DNA of 60,040 nucleotides, counting the filler, from Sphacelaria rigidula (taxonomy: Eukaryota): NCBI GenBank assembly GCA_964200075.2. It is 8 parts of 8 records of this genome, joined end to end, with 100 filler letters (N's around TTAATTAATTAA, not from the genome) between each part and the next. Parts side by side here need not be neighbours in the genome. Positions count along the whole stretch, not along the records: positions 30,073 to 37,489 come from CAXNAA020015019.1; positions 37,590 to 45,006 come from CAXNAA020015020.1; positions 45,107 to 52,523 come from CAXNAA020015021.1; 5 more parts are not named here. The stretch is one strand, 5' to 3'. Under the pieces are notes generated by a model. That model ran no database searches, had not been told where the DNA came from, and worked only from the letters and a program-made list of their open reading frames with translations. Position numbers and translations under genes: made by a program. Shown piece by piece: positions 37,072 to 47,268 of this stretch. Every line of letters starts with the position of its first letter. Within the stretch, counting starts at the first letter, position 1.

Positions 37072-37413
37072 GTTAAACTCGAAAGTCGTGCTTTCCATGA
37101 CCTAAATTCGTGACAAATAACTGTCATGCGGACGACTCCATCCCTCCCGACCTCCCTGAAACTATTTCGGGGGGTTTCTCGCCTTCCGTTCCCCCAAAGG
37201 GTAGGTACAAAAGCACACTCTTGCCTCGCATTTCGGGTTGGAAAAAGGAAGGTTTTTGGCCCAAAAATCGTGCTTTCGCACATATCCTTTGGGGGAGCTG
37301 AAGGCTAAAAATCCCCCGAAACAGTTTAGGGAGGTCGGGAGGGATGAGGTCGTCCGTATGAAAGTCATTTGGCACGAATTTAGGTCAGGGAAAGCACGGC
37401 TTTTGAGTTGAAC
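37072..37413. mobile_element. Foldback / MITE long inverted repeat at the LINE 3' break
   Basis: ~130-bp arms: GTGCTTTCCATGACCTAAATTCGTG...CCCTCCCGACCTCCCT...CCCCCAAAGG mirrored on the right. Confidence 0.8.
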
Positions 37414-37489
37414 ATAATATAACAGCCGATTTTATATTTTGGGGTTCAAACAAAATATGGGACTGAAGTGGCATATCTGTCTTGCACGA

Positions 37490-37589
37490 NNNNNNNNNNN
37501 NNNNNNNNNNNNNNNNNNNNNNNNNNNNNNNNNTTAATTAATTAANNNNNNNNNNNNNNNNNNNNNNNNNNNNNNNNNNNNNNNNNNNN
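37490..37589. other. Artificial contig linker
   Basis: N44-TTAATTAATTAA-N44. Confidence 0.98.
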
Positions 37590-38119
37590 GAGAATATACT
37601 CGTCTATTACGGTGAATTCTATTGCTACAGCAATAGATGCATTGTATTGTCCAGGGTGTGAGATACTACGGTTCAAAATGGTATTATCCTTGGCGCGTTT
37701 GCTTTGTGTGAGTACGCTACGACTGGAAATTGCCGGTGACTAAATCATTGATTTAACTGAATTCGATTGAGACGCTGTGTTCAAGTGTCGTTGTTCAGCG
37801 TTTTGCAAATTATCATTTTCTTTGTGAACATGACATCACATGGTCATGTGTCACTAACAGGCGGACATCGGTAGCATGAGCGTGATTGTCGGTGTCTACT
37901 GTTTGCCAAACTCCGAGTACGGACACCAGTGAATGCGGAGTTTTGGGGGTGCTGTAGAGTAGTCCACCTCTATTACACGTACAGATGCATGAGGAGCTGC
38001 AGGTTGATCCATGGACGTTTGGATATGAACTCTGCATCATGATATTAGATCATGAGATATTCTCTGGAGTATGACCATGACTGCTTGACAGTACATGTGT
38101 TCAAGGACGTGCAAGGTTA

Positions 38120-38332
38120 CTGTAACGCATGAGAGGACCGCGTGCTTAGAGGATCGCATCGGAATTTGAACACCCCTGTGGCTATGGTTAGGGTTAGGGT
38201 TAGGGTTGGGGTTAGGGTCAGGAGCGTGGTACCTGCAGGGACTGACCCGATTGGTTTCGAAAAACGTCGATCCTGAGGTATTTTGAACTACGGTGCGGTC
38301 CTCTAAGCACGCGGTCCTCTCACGCATTACAG
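38120..38332. mobile_element. MITE with ~42-bp TIRs and an internal (TTAGGG)n tract
   Basis: CTGTAACGCATGAGAGGACCGCGTGCTTAGAGGATCGCATCG / CGGTGCGGTCCTCTAAGCACGCGGTCCTCTCACGCATTACAG; about 6 TTAGGG-like units at 38186-38222. Confidence 0.85.
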
Positions 38333-39096
38333 CTACTTCCGGTAACGAAGACTGTGTGTTTGTGAACAACAACTGCCTTGAAGTCTCCAAGCCCTAGTGA
38401 GGGAGAAAGCCCTTGGAGGAGTCTTGTGACCATGTTCTGAGTCCAGGATGGGTCTATAGGAGTATTTCGCGTGTGTGCTCAGGAGTTGTTTTGTTCATAT
38501 GTTGAGGAGTTCTTGTTCTGATATGTTCAGGACCGTTCTTGTATTTGTATGTCGGGAGTCCATCCGTGTGCGTGTGCTCAGGAGTTCTTGAGTTGATATG
38601 TTGAGGAGTTCTTGTATCTCTGTGTTCGGAGTTCTTGTGTTTTGTGGAGTCAGAGGAGGCACCCCCGTTTCTCACTTCCCAGTTCCACCACTTCGATCTT
38701 CAGTTCGATTATAGCTTCTTCTCTTCACAAGCTCACACCGTCTCTGCGTGGGAGAGTAATACTACAAGCCTCACACACACGCTCAACTTTGGTGTACAGC
38801 TGCACCACGGGCATATCCCTCGCGGGTTTCCCCTTATCTACGTACGATCACCGCAATATATATGACGTAGATACTCTCGGAGACTCATAGTGCTCAGAGC
38901 CAGGGTACACCGGTAGTCGAGGAAGAGGGGCATGTTGAAGGTCGCAGGACACCAGTGAATGATCAAAAACACACTGTTGGACAAGGAGGTAGTTGGGTTA
39001 CCTCTTTTTACTGAGAGCTGCACGCTGCAGGTGTCGTAGGGTTCTCGTGTAGTTGTAGGTGCGATCGAGGTGGATGCGCACCTGCGGGTGTGTATG

Positions 39097-39306
39097 TCCT
39101 GCGTGGAAGGACCGCGTGCTTTCTGGATCGTATCGGAGTGTAAACATCCATAGGATTACTGTGAGGGTTAGTGTTTCTGGTAGGGTGAGGGTCAGGGGCG
39201 CAGTCCCTGCGGGGACTGGCTCCAGCGGTCTTGAAAAACGTCGATCCGGGAGTGTTCAAATTCCGATGCGGTCCAAACAAAGCACGCGGTCCTCCTACGC
39301 ATCACA
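39097..39306. mobile_element. More diverged copy of the telomere-repeat MITE
   Basis: GGACCGCGTGCTT...AAGCACGCGGTCC TIRs, decayed GGGTTA/GGGTCA tract and shared GAAAAACGTCGATCC. Confidence 0.75.
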
Positions 39307-39850
39307 ACGGCCAAAGTACCTTTCAGCTGCCCTGTCTTAACACCCTCGACATGAGTACTGTCTACGCTAACGCACGACAAGGAGAGCCATACTGCGATAG
39401 GCGCGCGCGCGGGGGGGGGGGGATCCACAGAATTCCACCTCAAATCTTCGTTGAAAGCAGCAACGGGTATCCAAGTGCGTTTGTTACCGATAGCGCTCAT
39501 TAATACCGATTGACTACGACTTTACCTAACAACAGGTGCACAGCGAGTGTGAGTGTGTCGGGTTGTCTGACACACCTCTGAACCCCTTTTTCTTGAAAGC
39601 GAATAACCCACCCATCCCTATCGTAGCATGGCTCAGGATTTGCACGTAACGCATTGTACCAGCCGGGGAGGGACGACGCGTTCGAAGAGCCATCAGTCAG
39701 AAAGGCATCACTCAGATCCTTCCAAACCTCCAGCACTCCAACGTCTTCCATTTCATGCTGTCATGAACTTTGCATCCGACTGCTGCTCGATCCACCCCCC
39801 GCACCCCCTCCGTCTGTCGGTGCATATAACAGGAATCCTTTGTTGGAGGT

Positions 39851-42800
39851 ATGGTGTTCATTTTTGCACTACTTCTCGCCTGCGGGATGGCGCACGCTCA
39901 GTCTTACGACAGGATTCGCGTGAAGACGTTTGACAGGACGTTCAGGGTAGACTTCTACCCTGAAGACGAGACAGGCCCTACCAAGTGGTGTTCTTCGATG
40001 ACGGCGTCAAGTCCAGGTACAGGTTCAACGACAAAGGGTTTGTGAGGGCGATCTACGTGGAGGACGAGTAGGTTTCCGTCTTATATACTTCCAGGAACGA
40101 GATGAAGAGGGTCGAGGAAAGGGACAGGACAAGGATACTCACTGTAGAGGAGGGAGATAACGAGGATCGTTTGCACACTTGCGCCGAGTGCACCGCAACA
40201 TGGACCTTGATATGAGGCGTAGGTGAGTCAGATATTCTCACGACTCCGTGGGGTGCAAGCGCGCTCTCTCCAAATCCCTGCTTACGCATAAATATCACGT
40301 TAATTTAGCGTAGGAAAGCTGCTGATCCCCAAGGAGTATCTAGCGTGTACAACTGTTGGTAATGGAAGTCGCGTGGAGCAGCTGCGATGTGTGCGCATTG
40401 CGCCTCCGTACTGTTGCGGAGAACTTCACGGTCGAGAATGCACTGGTGCAATGTAAGGCAGTCAGCTCTCGTGCTGTCAACAGTAGACGTCCTTGTGTAT
40501 TTATCAGATTGACAAATATATCGTCATCGTTTTGAATGTTATATTTGTTTCTTTGCTCGTTTGCCGTGTTTTGTTTGTATGTCTCCAGTCTACTCTTCGT
40601 ATGCTTATTCTGTGAACTTCACTCTTTTTCGGCGAGTGTTTCCGCCATGTTCACGTTGGGTACGTCCATCTTGTGACCGCGGCTGAGTCCCTTCGGGATC
40701 ACCTAATGTCCGAGAATCGATCAACCAGTCAGTCATTTTAATACGACTACCAAGTAACAACACTCCGTAGTTGCCGTTTGAGACCACAGGAACAGAGTTG
40801 CAAGGTACCCCACGAGTATTTGATATCTCTATCGTATCTTTGCACTACTAGCGTGTATCCAAATGTGTACGCTTGACAGGTACACCCCGTCGGCCGAAAC
40901 TATGATGAAACTTGGCTTCGAGAACCTTCACCGATTGAAACTCTGGCGTACACGAAGACTATGAAATGTACGTTATGCACGAGGCAAGGGCCATGATGCG
41001 CCCGGTTACACTCCTACGTTTGTTTCGTCGCAAATAGTTCATGCTTGGACTCCGTATGTGATTTGGTTGACCACGGCGATCCCCTCACGAAGGATACGTC
41101 GTTGAGTCGATCAACATTATGTGCACCGAATTCACAGCGGTGTGTGACGCGTTGACGGCTGGTCAGGTGTGCTGCGAAGAATGCGAGACAGGTGAATCAC
41201 CATACCCCTAGGTCTGTACTGTATAAATGCGTACATTTTCGCGGTAGGGGTGGTTACTTTAGGATCACGATACCGAGGTTATTGTACGTTGCAGCTCGAG
41301 AACGATCCGGTGGTGATGGCTACCGTCGGATCTACAATCTACCCTCGTGTTACATGAGCGATGTGGAAACGGTTTCCCTCTTGAAAAATACATTGTGACA
41401 CAAAAAGCAAGCGGAGGTTTGGCGCCCTATACCACGTTCACCACCAGACTATTTGAAGCCATGTCTTGGCATGTGACGGTCTCAAGGGCTGCTGCCAAAT
41501 TACCATTTTGACGGCGTTCGTTTTTTGCGAAGGCATCATTCAGGGATCGGGTAGCCTGTGCGATGTTACGGGGATCGCCCCATGTATCATCGATGCCAGT
41601 AAGCTGCCATCTAGGCTTCGAAAATAGAAAAGTGCTGTGGAACGACCGGACGGTAGAGGGGAAGCTGTTTCATTGCACTTAACGAAGAACTCCACGAGTG
41701 TGTCACACGAAGCCACGCAGTCGTCAACAGCTCGGGTTGCAGGTGGAACCGCTGTCAAGCGGCGCCAGTAGCGGTGAAATCCCGATGCCACGTGCATTCA
41801 AATGAGTCATTATAAGGGGTTCCTGTGCGCATGAAGCGGCTCAAAATGTCCGGCCTCCGTATGGTAGTAAAATAGTGGTTCGCGTGGCCGAGAGCTTAGC
41901 CACACACAGCCAAATTCATGGAGCTGGTAAAAGCGAGAGTTTATTCGAAATCGAGAGATGATGGTCTTAAAACTGACGGGGTAGTCAGGGCCCAGTTCAC
42001 TGCATGGTATTTTGATATGTCTATATCCGACAGCTATTTTCAGATGGCGGCCACTGGTGATATACTTGCTGTGTTGACGTGATTTGGATGCTAAAGGGTA
42101 ACGAACTTCTGCCTACTCTGCTCCAAGCACCGATGATGAAGCGCTCCCCCAGCTCTCGGTGTGAACAACAGCAAAGCTTAGTCTTGAGGACACGGGTATC
42201 TCGTAGTTCCTAGAACGGGGCTAAACTTGGCTGAGCAACGGTAAACTCGACACTGGGCTTGTAACGGAAACCTGAAGCGTACTGAGCCCCCTTCGAAATG
42301 AAACGGTTTGGGATGTCTACGAAGATAGCACTTGTTTCGGCTGTTGATCGTCTCCTGATATTTTTGGTTACCTACGTCGCCTTCACTGCTGTTGATCACT
42401 CACTCACCGACGGATGTCATGTGTAGATCAGACGCCGAGACCCCCTCCTACACCGCACATACAAACCCTTGACTGCAAGTCTTGGCGTACCATACTTGTG
42501 TGTTCACTCTGCTGGGGGATCATGGGCAAGTGAGAGCTTGTTTCTCGAGTGATGTACTCGGCCCAACCTCATCGAAGTCGTTGCGGAGATTACGATGCCT
42601 GATCTATTTTGCTAATGCCGCCCCATCTAGAGATTTGAATGATATAGTCCCGTCGCCGTGGGCATTTCCAACATTTCCCACCGCCCGTTCTCCACTGCCA
42701 CAACAACAGCGGGCATGTGCGACGGTGGGATCGTCGGTGTTCGAAACAAGGACATCTGCTGCTCGCTGGGATGCGGAGAGTGCGGTGGCTCCGGCTGCAT

Positions 42801-42901
42801 GAGCGCCGGTGGTCTCACCGCCGATGAGTGCTGCACGACCACCATCGAGGACTCCGGCGTCATGTGCGGCGAGGATGTAGGCGCCTCTTGCATGCTCAGT
42901 G
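39851..42901 (+). pseudogene. Pseudogene of a secreted Cys-containing protein; exons 39851-40222, 41043-41191, 42710-42901
   Basis: Exon 1: signal peptide MVFIFALLLACGMAHA|Q, then DRIRVKT..VDFYPEDE..YQVVFFDDGVKSRYRFND..CAECTATWTLI, ending at GTGAGT. Exon 2: LDSVCDLVDHGDP..VESINIMCTEFTAVCDALTAGQVCCEECE. Exon 3: Cys module. Junctions are phase 1. Lesions: frameshift ~39977, TAG 40069, TGA 40213, CAT instead of CAG before exon 2, frameshift ~41098. Confidence 0.7.
42710..42901 (+). CDS. Symmetric (phase 1-1) 192-nt exon encoding a cysteine-rich CC-x3-CG-x-CGG-x-GC...CC module
   Basis: CAG|...MCDGGIVGVRNKDICCSLGCGECGGSGCMSAGGLTADECCTTTIEDSGVMCGEDVGASCMLS|GT; resembles a module repeated in brown algal secreted proteins. 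Confidence 0.8.
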
Positions 42902-42978
42902 GTGATACTGTCTCGCGGTGTTGTGGTTGGAGCGTAGGGCAGCTGGGTCCTCACACTCCTGAATTCTCGATAGAAATC

Positions 42979-43050
42979 ACGCTGTCGCGCTGTCGCGCTG
43001 TCGCGCTGTCGCGCTGTCGCGCTGTCGCGCTGTCGCGCTGTCGCGCTGTC
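42979..43050 (+). repeat. (GCTGTCGC)n 8-bp tandem repeat
   Basis: About 9 units. Confidence 0.9.
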
Positions 43051-45006
43051 GTTGGTTAGTGGAGGTACCAATAGTGACGGCGAAGATATTGGACAATCTG
43101 GTGCTAGTATATCGTGTTGCGTGTGAGTAGCGTGTGAGTACCTCTGATTCGGCGATGACCTCGATCTCACGCACGACACGAGTGAGCACATTGCAATGAA
43201 TGGTGGAAAGTTATGGCTGCGTACCCAAGTTTGGCTTTGGTTCACGTCGTCAGGCAGTTCGTCGCTTAGGGCGTTGGACGTGTCACGTGCTACGGAGTAT
43301 TCCGCCTACGTGGAAGCGCATGAGCAGCGCAAGAGAACCACGGTGTTGCCCAATCTCGCCATCGTTCTCTGGCATATGGATGTCCATCTGGGAAATAGAT
43401 ACCCCCGACGAGTATCTCATACGAGTACCCATATCCCAGGTGGACGCTCATATCCCAAGTTGACATCCACACCCCAGGTCGACCTCTCACATGGATGTGA
43501 TATTCCAGATGTGCACCCCAGGTCGACATGGATATTCCAACCGGATGTCCCCCGAGTAGATGCATACCTTCATTCCATGGACAACGCAGACGGATACGAT
43601 ATCCCACATGATGCTGTACGATTGTGTAAGCCTCACGGGAGAACGGTTCCGAGCGCTTGACATCACAACGAACAACTCTGATTATACGCGCAAGAGATTG
43701 AGTATGTGCCCTACATTGTCACGATGAAACAGGACGGCACACAAAACCACGAACCCTTCCAAATAGAACTGTACGGATTGTCTGAAAGGATAGCTTACCC
43801 CGATCGGGTGCTTGCCGGCGCTTTCGGCGTGTTGACTAGGCGGTCCGCATAACCTTCATCCTCGTCCAGACACTTGCTTCGGCTGTTGATTGTCTCTCAC
43901 CATCTTCGGTTTTCTACGTCGCTCTCACTGCTGCTGACATGTCACCCGCCGACGGGTGTCACGGGTACGTGAGGCGTCGGGATCCGCTTTTACATCGTCC
44001 ACACCAGCCTGTTAGTATCAATCTTGGCGTATCATACTTGTGTGTTCACTCTACTAGGGGATCATGGGCAAGGGAGAGATTCCATTTGGTGAATGGTAGT
44101 CGGCCCAACTCGTCGACGTCGGTGCGGGTATTCGATACCTAGTGTTTTTGCGGAAGCCGCGCCCTTTCGAGACTTGAAAGTTGTACTTCCAACATTTCCA
44201 TACCCTGGACAATACAATATGTGCTCAATATGTAATAGTCGATCATCTTGGAATTTGGCGGTATATTGACGGCGTAATATATATTGGTACCCTTGGACTG
44301 CTCACGTATTGCGCGCCCAATATATGTTGATGTCGTGGGACTGCATACATATTGTCCGCCCGATATATATTGGTACTGTGGGGTCGAACACATGTTGTCC
44401 CATCAAAATATATTATTGGGGCAGCGTGTAAGTCGAAGAGGGGCACTTTCGTACCTCGTGGCTGGGGTGCCACGATACAAACTCTGCGGTGAAGCTGGTC
44501 ACGGCCAGCAAAGCAGGTCCGTATATAAAAACAAACTGGAAGAAAAATACACACAACTGTTTTTATTATATACTACCACAGCGCTGAAGGCTCAACACCA
44601 GAAAATCAATACACAAATATGCTCGACAACAAATACGCTCAATCACCCTGGAAATCAATACACAAAGCGCAACACAACAAACTCACTAACTGCTGAAACC
44701 CGTAAGACGACGGTGGAAGCAGGAGTAGAAAAGTGGAGCAAGAAGCTGAAGTCGAGGGGAGCAAGGTGGAGAAAGGTGGAGAAAGGTGGAGTGGGGCAAG
44801 GGGGTTGCGTATCAACCTCATCAAGCCCACCAAACATTAAATCCCATGACCGAATATACAACTAGCCAACGTACCTCAAACACATGATAGACCACACTCC
44901 AGTTGATTCACAGCGCCACATTTCAGCCTGATCCACAGTCCACATCTCGGGCTAGTAATCCACCACACAATCGCTTCCTCATACGTCGAATCATAACCAC
45001 ACTCCA

Positions 45007-45106
45007 NNNNNNNNNNNNNNNNNNNNNNNNNNNNNNNNNNNNNNNNNNNNTTAATTAATTAANNNNNNNNNNNNNNNNNNNNNNNNNNNNNNNNNNNNNN
45101 NNNNNN
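45007..45106. other. Artificial contig linker
   Basis: N44-TTAATTAATTAA-N44. Confidence 0.98.
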
Positions 45107-45930
45107 AGAATCGTTAGGAGCCCCTGAACCAGACAAAAAATCGCAAAAAAAGTGCACCCCTACCGTAGCATTACTCAGTCGTAAGTGTTTCGCGTCACCC
45201 CTGCAGAAAAGAAATACCACTTGAACCTCATTTTTGAGATGGACCCCATTTTTCAGGATCCGCTGTTGAAAGATACAAGAAAAACTCGTTCATCCGAAGT
45301 TTCGTGATGAACCATAGCATATTGCGCAAAGTTTCAGGTTCTGACCTTGGTTCTGACTCCTAAAAACGGCGTCAAGTTTTGCGCGTTTGTGCGATGACAT
45401 GAGCTTGAAACGTGCAAACTCCCAACTACTTGGTTGTAGTATTAAAACGTATTTTTGGGGTGAATGTAACGTTATAGGGCGAGAAGAAACTGCATGAGGT
45501 TTCTGAGTTTTTCGATCAAAATTTGTACGCATGTTCCTTGGACTACCCCGGGTAGAACCCTTTTATTCTTTCACTTGAGGCATCTCGCACTGCCTTACAG
45601 GGGTCTTCCCACTGCCCCCCCCCTCCCCCCTGAAGCCGGTACAACAGATAGGAGAAGCTTTGAAATACTGTCAAGAATACAAAATTTGGATCATCAACAC
45701 TTACGGAATTGCCAACTAACTGTGAGGGCGATCTGAGAGTATTGACGACAGGTACAAGGGAAACCTTCACGAGGATCCCTGGGTCTTCCGTGCGTATCAT
45801 CAGTCGATGTTATACTACTCCAAAACCCCATGTTATCGCCGAAACACTACGGTTTCGGCTATAATTCGACCCCGTAGTAGTAGTAGTAAATCATTTTCAA
45901 ATATGTTTTTCAGGTAATTTCCCGACCTAA

Positions 45931-46739
45931 GGCTACTTCTTACGTATCGAAAAGTGAAAGTTGTTGAAAAGTGCTTTTTTGACCCTTCTCCGTCGTTTTT
46001 GTCTCAAAAAGAGGGCTAGGCGGATCTGGACACCTTGGACTGACTCGCTCTACTCGCTGAGACCGTTCCAGAGGAGGCGAGCTGAGGATTCGTACGTAAA
46101 CAATGGTTGGTACTATGGAGATGCCGCCAACCCTAACGCTAGCCCTAACCCTAACCCCGACCAAGGCATACCGAGAACCCTCGGGCAAGGGGGTGCAGAG
46201 TGTTCCCTAGGCAAAGTGTGCGTTGCCAGAGCTCAAATCGACGCTTTTCAGCCGATTTTGGACCAAAACACGTTCTGGACGAGCTGGGTCCACTGCTCAC
46301 CTCCCCCAGACCATGAACTTTCTCAGAACTTTGTTCAGTCTAAAATCAAGTAAAATCGAGTACCAGCCATTGTTTACGTACAAATCCTTAGCTCTACTGT
46401 TCCAGAGCACCTTTACGTTTTTTGTAGGTCACAGTTTCGTTCTTGGCCAAGGATGCATTTTCAAAAACAAACGGCCGAGTTATTGAAAAAATGGCAGTTT
46501 TCCACCTGTTTTTCGATAACTTGACCGTTTGTTATTGAAAATGCATTTATGGCCAAGAACGAAACTGAGACCTACAGAAAACGCAAAGGTGCTCTGGAAC
46601 GGTCTCAGCGAGTAGAGCAAGTCATTCCAAGGTGTCCAGATCCGCCTATTATAGCCCTCTTCTTTTGGGGACAAAAACGACGGAGAAGGGCCAAAAAAGC
46701 ACTTTTCAACAACTTTTACTTTTTGATACATAAGTAGCC
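45931..46739. mobile_element. Palindromic (foldback) MITE, PIF/Harbinger-like, interrupted by a nested MITE
   Basis: GGCTACTT...AAGTAGCC ends flanked by TAA/TGA; once 46074-46399 is removed the element is an almost continuous inverted repeat centred near 46500. Confidence 0.8.
46074..46399. mobile_element. hAT-like MITE with 8-bp TSD carrying a CCCTAA-repeat module
   Basis: TTCCAGAG at 46066-46073 and 46400-46407; ~40-bp TIRs GAGCTGAGGATTCGTACGTAAACAATGGTTGGTACT / AGTACCAGCCATTGTTTACGTACAAATCCTTAGCTC. Confidence 0.85.
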
Positions 46740-47268
46740 TGATGGCGGTTACTGCGATGTAAAGCACGTGGAGGATAATCTATTCGTGGGTTCTCATGAC
46801 GACATATTCTTATGGCACACTGAAGTGCACCATGCACAATTTACTGGTCGTGCTCTTCTTGCACTGCAATCGTGCGGTCTTCTTAGTTAGGGCGAAAATT
46901 ACGGATCAGAGAATTCATATGAAACGTTTGTGTGTTATGCTAAAAAACAGCTGAGTGACGGGATATTGAACACAGTCCAGCCCACAAGTTCCTCGGGAGA
47001 AGCTGTCCCTAACTTCCGAAGGACCTCCGCTGTGATCCTTTCACCTGACTATATACTCTAAAGATACTGTCATCGACTTCGTGGTCGCCCCACGAAAAAA
47101 AAAATCGACTGAGCAAAACGGGAGATTCATCATCGGGTCTTGAGGGGGTGATATACCCCGTCACCTACTGTAATTCCCAACGGCACTTTGCTCCGCGCAA
47201 ACCTAGACAGGCCACCTTTGACAGGCGGGGTGGCAGGCAGCTTTCGCTCGAGCGCTCCCGCATAGGCA

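Larger units (their letters stand above)
42330..44200 (+). repeat. Diverged direct repeat of intronic sequence (~42330-42680 and ~43871-44200; period ~1.54 kb)
   Basis: Shared CACTTG.TTCGGCTGTTGAT, TCTTGGCGTA.CATACTTGTGTGTTCACTCT.CT.GGGGATCATGGGCAAG, TCGGCCCAAC, TTCCAACATTTCC. Confidence 0.85.

Noticed and set aside
38186-38222. True telomere or chromosome-fusion site
   Set aside because: Only ~6 imperfect units, enclosed by MITE TIRs.
40213-40215. TGA at an expected Cys position as selenocysteine
   Set aside because: The same gene has a TAG, frameshifts and a dead acceptor; no SECIS identified.
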